From Eledone cirrhosa (Eukaryota): DNA of 64,000 bases. Of this stretch, positions 54,152 to 64,000 are shown one piece after another. The DNA lies in the NCBI GenBank assembly GCA_964016885.1, contig OZ024750.1, positions 50,220,001 to 50,284,000 of the forward strand, read 5' to 3'. The notes beneath the pieces are model-generated. The model saw nothing but the letters and a program-made list of their open reading frames with translations. It was not told the DNA's origin and ran no database searches. The number at the start of each line of letters is the position of its first letter. Within the stretch, counting starts at the first letter, position 1. Made by a program: the position numbers and the translations under genes.

Positions 54152-54989
54152 AAATTGATTTTTTTTTATGAAAGAAATTAGATGTCCTACACGAGTGAAA
54201 GTATAAGGTTAAGTGATAGAAAATGCAACTGCAAGAACCCCCCCCCTCCACAAACACACACTTTCAATTCTATTTTTGAAAATCGTAAGAACTGTGAAAC
54301 CGGTAAAGAAAACAGAAATACTCTTAAAAAGACTACAGTTGCATTTTCGATTTCTTTTCCTTATATATATACATATATATATATAAATCACATGAATACA
54401 CCAAATCCGCGATTGAAAGATCAACATTTATTATGTAACTGAAACGTGTTTCGTCGCGTTTCGTATGTGCCTGCTGACATTGCAAGGCCACTCATCTATA
54501 AATTCACTTTTCTTTTTCTCTCAATATACTTCGATACGGTTATAAAAATGTATACAACCTCGATTTCTCTTTAATGACACATCTTCTCTCTATATATACA
54601 TACACGTTACCCTGTATGAATAAAGCTGATATGTCAACGTGCAGACGGAAACTATTTACATTCGATTCCTCTGAAAAGAATACATCGAATGAACGAGACA
54701 CGTGTCAGTTACGTGATAAATGTCAATACTTCAATTGCAATAGTGGTATATTCATGTGATTTATTCTATTCTATATAAATACTCCTGGAATTACCTTCAT
54801 TGTACCTACGGGTGATCAACACGGAAAAGACAAAGATAAGATAAACGGTTCATTTGTTGAATCAAAAACATAGTCTTCGATTTCAAATTCAACTAACGGA
54901 AACCGATGACTACTATAAGTTGTCACTCTCTCTCTCTTTCTCTCTTTCTCTCTCTCTCTCCCTCTCCCTCTATCACCCCCTCTCTCTCT

Positions 54990-55059
<70 letters not shown>

Positions 55060-55065
55060 CATTAT

Positions 55066-55714
55066 AAAGAAAGAAGAAACATTAGATATAATTAATAAGA
55101 TATACCATACCCAAATTCCTTCATCACTCCTCGACTACGTAGTTTCGTGGCATATTATGGAAAAACACTACATCACAGAGATATAGTATTCGTGTGAGGT
55201 TTGCCGACTTATCAAGAGGATACCTCATTAAGAGTTTCAAAACACATCCGTAGGACGCGAGATAGAATGCCGAAATGCGGAGGGGGAGTCAATCACGAGA
55301 TACAGCGGTCAAGAAACAGAGCTAAGCCTCTTACAAACATTCTATTTCGCAAACTACGGATGTGTTTTGAAACTCTTAATGAGGTATCATCTTGACAAGT
55401 CGGCAAACCTCACAAAAATACTATATCTCTGTGATGTAGTGTTTTTGCATAATATGCCACGAAACTACGAAGTCGAGGAGTGATGAAGGAATTTGGGTAT
55501 GGTATATCTTATTAATTATATCTAATGTTTCTTCGGTCTTTAAAATGTATTATGTAGCTCTGATACTGAATCAATCTAATCCATTCGGATTATTTTGTCC
55601 CAGTTATTCATAGAGCAACAAGGGTTGAGTTTGGCACAACACAAATTCAGGGATATATGTGGATATATACATGCATATGTATGTGTCCGCATGTATCTAT
55701 GTATTTCTTAATAT

Positions 55715-55715
<1 letters not shown>
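55066..55715. mobile_element. 592-bp unit family, copy 2, inverted pair; HHR at 55128-55220(-)
   Basis: 55067-55252 mirrors about 55354-55549. Confidence 0.8.
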
Positions 55716-55765
<50 letters not shown>

Positions 55766-55766
<1 letters not shown>

Positions 55767-55982
55767 GAAGACGTTTGGCTGAGTGCTTAGAGAATTGGAT
55801 CACTGTCTTGAGGTTGTGAGTTCGATTCCTGGACCGGGCGATGCGTTATGTCCTTGAGCAAGACACTTCATTTCACGTTGTTCCTTCTACCTGGAGTTTC
55901 GACCGATAGATAGTATTAACAACTGGAAAGACCGACGAAAACATTGTTTCCTTGGTCCGATTTGACGAAAGTCGATCGGTCC
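55766..55982 (+). mobile_element. tRNA-derived CORE-type SINE (octopus OR-like)
   Basis: A box TGGCTGAGTGCTTAG, B box GAGTTCGATTCC and CORE-like GTCCTTGAGCAAGACACTT. Confidence 0.78.
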
Positions 55983-56779
55983 TTTATATATCAATGTCTA
56001 TGTCTATGTGAGAACAGTGAAGTGGGGTATATGTGGACACTCTATACTGCAACTGAATGGCTTGTTTATATTTTTTGTAGACATTGGTCGGGTGACCAAG
56101 TATAATGAACAGTATACCAATGTTTATATTATACAATATATTGTATATATTGTTAGGCAGCAATTCTCTTGATACTTTGCTGTAATTTACGGTATATTGA
56201 GGCCATATATAAGCTCCTCATGGTCAAAGTACCAGTAAGAAGGCGACCATGCCATATATAGTGAAGTGCTTAAACGTTGAAAAGACTTTAATATCAACCG
56301 CAGTAGTTAATCTTGATTCCTACACGAGTTGTTCGGTGCTGTTATCTGAATAAATGATTGATTTTATGTCAATAAACAGCTTACATATTCAGCGGTTCTT
56401 GTATTTGAGTCATTTGTATGGTATTAATGGCAATTATAAAGGAGTGTTACGAAGGTGACATAAGCATTCTATTTCTGGTTTACATGCGATAAATTATGGA
56501 GAACTAAAACAATTTCTGTCTCTGCAAATAACAAAGATGAATGATGTAATACATTACATACTTAGCTATGCTGTAAAGAAGGACGTGATTTAACAACCTC
56601 ATTAGACACTCCCACACAAAGTTTTGTGGTATTTATTCTTCCAGTTAGATGACAATTGACGTTCAAAATATCCCGAATAAATTTGCCATTCATCCTTTCG
56701 TCGATGTGGATAAATAAAGTGTCATGTCAATTTTAGTTTCGGTTGTATATAAATATATAAATATACATATGTATATATA

Positions 56780-56834
<55 letters not shown>

Positions 56835-57280
56835 TTTAGTACAGCATTGACGAAGCTTTAGAATACGGCCAGGCTAGCGTATATGCATAATCGGTCTGTA
56901 GCTTGAGCACTCAGATAAGGAAAGACCCCAGAGTAATAACATTACGTTCAGACAGCTCAGCAAATCATATATAGCGGTCGGCAGTCCAGCCGCATCACTA
57001 GAGCAACGAAAATACAGGAGCCAGGAAAGGATTGTATACTGACCCGGACATAGCGGTGAGGCTGAGTGCAAAATATATAACTTACATGGTATATCAACAA
57101 TATACATCACATATAGCATCCAATATCAGCGCTAAGTTACTGCAAATCCAAGATCGACAAGTTCCTATTGCAGGAGTCTGCAATATAATGGCTTTTGACG
57201 ACAGAACATAGGATTTACTTCTTCAGAAAGTCTTTCGTTCTTATGTATATATGAGCTCAGCCGTCGGTGTCTTACTTGTT

Positions 57281-57346
<66 letters not shown>

Positions 57347-57567
57347 GAGACCTTAGTCTCTACAGTTCCCTTAACATGCCGACATAAGAACAAGAATGAG
57401 GGGCTCATTCTACTGACATGGCTTTAAACATGAGGCTTCTTTGCCTAATAGCAAACGAATCGAATATTATTATTAATATTCTGAAAACTCCGATTACATT
57501 TATTGTATTCATGTAGAGCGAAATGCTTTTTTCTTTTTTTATATATATATGTGTATATATATATATA

Positions 57568-57653
<86 letters not shown>

Positions 57654-57796
57654 TATATATATATATAAGTATATATGTATATATGTATATGTATATATAT
57701 ATATGTATATACATATGTATATATGTATATACATATGTATATATAAATATATATATATATATGTATATATATATTATATATAAATATATATATATT

Positions 57797-57834
<38 letters not shown>

Positions 57835-57904
57835 TAAATATATATGTGTGTATATATATATGTATATATATATATAAATATATATATATACATATATATA
57901 TATG

Positions 57905-57936
<32 letters not shown>

Positions 57937-57950
57937 TGTATATACATATG

Positions 57951-57987
<37 letters not shown>

Positions 57988-58038
57988 GTATATATATATG
58001 TGTATATATAAATATATGTATATATATATATATGTATA

Positions 58039-58127
<89 letters not shown>

Positions 58128-58130
<3 letters not shown>

Positions 58131-58810
58131 GTATAAAAAAACGAAAACTCTGTGATGCATCTGGACTCGGTTTATTGCGTGTTACAATTGTTTCGCCGGC
58201 AGGTAGCTCGAGACATGATCACTGTATGGATCTGGCTGATTCTACGGCTGCAGGTTCCTTCGGACACGGGCACTTCGTTCGGAGCAAATTTTCTCACTGG
58301 AGTGTTATCGTCAAAAAACACCTTCAAAACACATTTTCCACTCTTGTCATGCCATTGGCTGTTGTTAGTCTATGTCATCTTAAGTTCTGGTCACTATTTA
58401 CTGCTACACGGGTCCTCAGCCATTTTCCGTCCGACACACTTCAATGGAGCCACAAATAACGGTAAATAGTGATCAGAACTTAAGATAACGTAGAATAACA
58501 ACGGCCAATGGCATGACAAGAGTGGAAGATGTTTTTTGAAGGTGTTTTTATCGATAACACCCCAGTGAAATTTGGTCCGAACGAACTGCCCGTGTCCGGA
58601 GGAACCTGCGGCCGTAGAATAAGCCAGATCCATACAGTGATCACGTCTCGAGCTACCTGCCGGCGAAACAATTGTAACACGCAATAAACTGAGTCCAGAT
58701 GCATCACAGATTTTTCGTTTTTTATACTATCCACACTCTGCTCTGTATGAATATTAAGTGCTAATTTTGGCATACCGCCTATCGAAGCACAATAGCTACC
58801 ATTATACACA
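58128..58810. repeat. Inverted duplication (58128-58402 / 58461-58730) carrying an atypical hammerhead-like motif at 58591-58681
   Basis: cgtgt-CCG(A/G)AGG..gccg..cggc-GAAAC aatt GTA-acacg. Confidence 0.75.
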
Positions 58811-58811
58811 C

Positions 58812-59486
<675 letters not shown>

Positions 59487-59839
59487 GTATATATATATGT
59501 ATATATATATATATATAAAACTGATGTTGTCTGTGTGTGTGTGTGTGTCCTCATTTTTGCAATGTCTATACAAATCCACTTTTCTACTTCGATTGACTTC
59601 AAACTGGCATTTGTATCTGCAGTTCTGTTCGCATGCCAACACAAGAGTAAGAATGAAGGGTTCATTCTACTGACATGGCTATAAAATTGAGGGTTGTTTG
59701 TATAATTGCAAATATATATATATATAAGTGTATATATATGTATATATATGCATGTATATATAAATATATATGTACATATGTATATACATATATATGCATG
59801 TATATATATATATATGTATGTATATATATGTATATATAT

Positions 59840-59938
<99 letters not shown>

Positions 59939-59941
59939 GTC

Positions 59942-59977
<36 letters not shown>

Positions 59978-60079
59978 TATATGATTGTTTATACATATGT
60001 GAGTATATATTTATATATATGTGTCTGTATATATATACACACATATATATGTATACAAACATATATATATATATGTATA

Positions 60080-60112
<33 letters not shown>

Positions 60113-60289
60113 TTGTCAAGGCAGAATTCTAGGAGAAGGAAAACTCTGATATAACACCTGCAACCCAGATGGTCTCCAATGATGTTGACTTGTTCTACTT
60201 TTTGGTAAATATCATCTTGGTTAAGAGAGTGGGACTGGCTTTGTGCAGTGCCTTTGCTCACTATAAAAGCTTCACGGCACAGGCATTGC

Positions 60290-60498
60290 TTTATATCTGG
60301 AGATCTCTCTGCACTTGTCGTCACATGGTACCACGGGCCAAGCACTGTGTCAATTATTGTCAAAAGTATAGTGTTTGTACCAGAGTTTTCAAGTCGCTGG
60401 CTGGACTAAAAAGTCACACTTGTTCAGCGCATCGGTAGGGGTTCTCCTACATGCAAATAAAGTAGTGGCCGTACTCGAAAACGAGTTGGCATCCACCA
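60290..60498 (+). mobile_element. 3' end of an RTE-type LINE with C2H2-like finger
   Basis: WRSL..CTRVFKSLAGLKSH followed by a short 3' UTR. Confidence 0.55.
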
Positions 60499-60525
60499 TA
60501 TATGTGTATATGTATATATATATTT

Positions 60526-60585
<60 letters not shown>

Positions 60586-60588
60586 ACA

Positions 60589-61671
60589 ATATATTTAGAA
60601 ACACACAGATACAAGCGGACACACACATATACATGAATGCATCCACATCCAACCGTGAGTTAATGGTGCCAACCTTACCGATGTTGCTCAATGAATGACT
60701 GGGACAGACCAATCCGGTTTAACTAGACTGAACTAGTATCAGAGTTAAAAATACATTATGAAGAGAGAAGAAACATTTAGATATAATTAGTAATAAAATG
60801 TATCATACAAAACTGCTCCTAGATTCCTCGACTACGTAGTTTCGTGGCATAAACAAAAACAGTACATCATAAAGATATAGAGCCTTTGCGAAGTCTGCCG
60901 ACTTATCAAGAGGATACCTCATGATAAGTCGGCAGACCTCGCAAAGGCTCTATATCTTTATGATGTACTGTTTTTCTTTATGCCACGAAACTACGTAGTC
61001 GAGGAATCTAGGAGCAGTTTAGGTATGATACATTTTATTACTAATTATATCTAAATGTTTCTTCTCTCTTCATAATGTATTTTTAACTCTGATACTGGTT
61101 CAGTCTAGTTCAACCGGATTGGTCTGTCCCAGTCATTCATTGAGCAACATCGGTAAGGTTGGCACCATTAACTCACGGTTGGATGTGGATGCATTCATGT
61201 ATATGTGTGTGTCCGCATGTATCTGTGTGTTTCTAAATATATTGTTCATAACTCCCTCTGGTCGAGTAATCTTTGAAGTGTGGTGACTGCTGGAAAGCTG
61301 CTATTACTCATATATCTCGCCTCCTTTACCACCTCTTCTACGGCTTCGATATAAATACCCCCTCCGCCTCCGTGGTATTTCTTCGGGGTTATAAGAGGCT
61401 TAGCTCTGTTTCTCGACCGTTATATCGCGTGACTATCTCCCCCTCCTCCTTTTGGGATTCTTTCTCACGTCGTGTAGACGCGTTCTTGAAGCTAGTAAAA
61501 TGAGGTATCCTCTTGATAAGTCGGCAGACCTCGCAAAGGCTCTATATCTTTATGATGTACTGTTTTTGTTTATGCCACGAAACTACGTAGTCGAGGAATC
61601 TAGGAGCAGTTTAGGTATGATACATTTTATTACTAATTATATCTAACTGTTTCTTCTCTCTTCATAATGTA
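60589..61671. mobile_element. 592-bp unit family, copy 3: inverted arm + 1.27 tandem units, three HHR motifs
   Basis: TGATAAGTCGGCAG at 60922 and 61514 (592-bp period). 60589-60908 mirrors 60922-61243. Confidence 0.88.
61508..61597 (+). ncRNA. Hammerhead ribozyme with U3:A8 core and long stem II insert (inverted copy 60825-60914)
   Basis: tcctc-TTGATAA-gt c ggca..tgcc ac-GAAA-c tacgta g-TC-gagga. Confidence 0.75.
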
Positions 61672-61700
61672 TATATATATGTATATATATATATATATAT

Positions 61701-62042
<342 letters not shown>

Positions 62043-63848
62043 GTGAGGTTTTTTTTACAAAATGAAAAATAACCAAGGTGTCCTACACGAGTGGAAGTAT
62101 AAAGAAAAAGAGATGAAATCGAAAATGCAACTGAAGTCTTATTTTTTTAAAAATATATATATTTATTTGGTTCCTTTACCGGTTTCGCAGTTCTTCTGCT
62201 TTTCAAAAGGTGAGTTGAGATGGAGGGTCTGTGGTTTTTCTCACAACTGATATATATATATGTGTGTGTGTGTGTGTCTGTAAATATATATATTCACACA
62301 CGCACACACACATGTTGTTGCCCGAGTCGCTAGATACTGCCATCTTTCAATAAACACCATATTCGAAATCAATTGTATCAGTCTGATATTCAGATGCCCT
62401 CAAGAATAATGAAATGGACCTCTATCGAAACATTGAAAAGAGAAAACATTGGAAGAACTATCCAACATACCGTTCCAGCTTACTATTAATGATAACACTG
62501 AAGATCAGCTTCTGTTAATTTAATTACAGATAATATACCACTAATAAAACAACAACAAATCTGATAGAACGTAAATGCAGCCGGTGTTGTACCCCCGCCA
62601 CAGTCGTTCGACTGAAACTATTATAAGTGTCTAGTCATACATGCTTACTTACATATAGATACATAAATAGATACTTAGATAGATAATATAGATATAATAT
62701 CTGGAGATTATTTCAGAAGTACCATTTATCAAGATAAATAAATTAAGAAAATATCTGCCATATATAATTTAATATGGAAAGTGAGGGAAATTAATTGTGA
62801 CAAAACTTATCGTGTATCCCGATCTTAATTCACTTACTTTAACAAAACAGCACTTCTGTGTCATATATAACAACATACATTATTTCAGCGAAAAGAAAAG
62901 CCTGAAGAGCGGATGATGAGAGCAAAAAGAAAAAAAATTACCGCTATTATAATAGTATCAATGCAGCTTGTGATTTCTTGAGAAAGTTCGTGAAAATAAT
63001 TGTGACACACATTTGTACTGTATGACTTTCTTAAATCATTTACATTCATTAATATTCTTTATGGAATATGTTTCATTTTTATTTTTATTTTATATACATT
63101 TATTTAGAAAGAGTGAAAGACACAAGAGAAGGAGCGATAAATGAACTGTTACTGTTACCACGTCAGCAGATCGTGAGAGTTTAAGACGTTAACGGATGTT
63201 TTGCCTCAGTTTCTTTCTGCAACAGTTCGATTTTGTTTTATACGTACGGAAGTTCAGCAAAAATATATAATGGTTCTGCGAAGTTTCAATGTTAACGTCA
63301 GGTGAAATCTTTAGTCACGTCTGTAATCCTTTATTCATATTTCAAACTACAAATATTTCCTGGTATGACAAAATAGAAGCTAAAACTTTTTTTGTGGGAC
63401 GTGAGTGAAACAACTATGTACTACGTAACGTTCTTAACATATTTAATCTCTTTCATATTTGATCAAACTCTTCATATATATGCCTTGGCTGAATCTAAGT
63501 ATGTGACGTCATTACCTTAAAATTCATAGTGAAAGAACTTCAAAGTGTTTTTAACCATTTATTGTTCAAACCGGCCAAAACCGGCCAGAATTCTCTACCT
63601 CTTTCTGTTGAAACTGGCTGTAACCGGTCGCTCAAACTGATGTTAAGGTATTGTTCTCAAAATAAATACTTTCCAAATCTCCTAGATTCGATATTATGTG
63701 AGATAATTATGCGAGCTAAAGCCTTTACCATGAAAATATAATAGTATATATATAGTAATGGGAATGCTAAAGGGTTAAATAAACACAGTATATTATCAAA
63801 TATATAGTACGTACATTCATATGTATATCGTCATTTAAGAGAACCAAT

Positions 63849-63936
<88 letters not shown>

Positions 63937-64000
63937 GATATTACACCAACAACTACAGGGGATCTCACTGACCCTCAACAGGATCCAGTCCGAGATGGAG

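Noticed and set aside
62901-62930. CTGAAGA motif
   Set aside because: No downstream GAAA or stems, so not a hammerhead.

Overview
AT-rich, microsatellite-laden eukaryotic DNA with no confidently identifiable host gene. The tRNA-derived SINEs resemble those described from octopus, so a cephalopod origin is inferred, not shown. Nearly all short ORFs in the track are (TA)n/(TG)n artefacts. The dominant feature is a ~8.5 kb near-perfect palindrome (30995-39527) made of two intact head-to-head Penelope-like elements (RT + GIY-YIG, 818/819 aa). Its axis lies exactly in the stem II loop of the element's own hammerhead ribozyme (HHR). The window also holds several degraded Penelope-like elements, RTE and L1/Tx1-type LINE relics, 13 or more Deu/Nin-domain SINEs, CORE-type SINEs, a mariner-like MITE and about 20 HHR motifs from about 12 families. 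About 15 inverted duplications are present. Many follow one rule: two divergent copies of an HHR-bearing unit are joined at or upstream of the ribozyme, with one short and one long 3' end, both running into microsatellite, and the same two endpoints are reused at independent loci. All structures were read by eye and none has been computationally verified.
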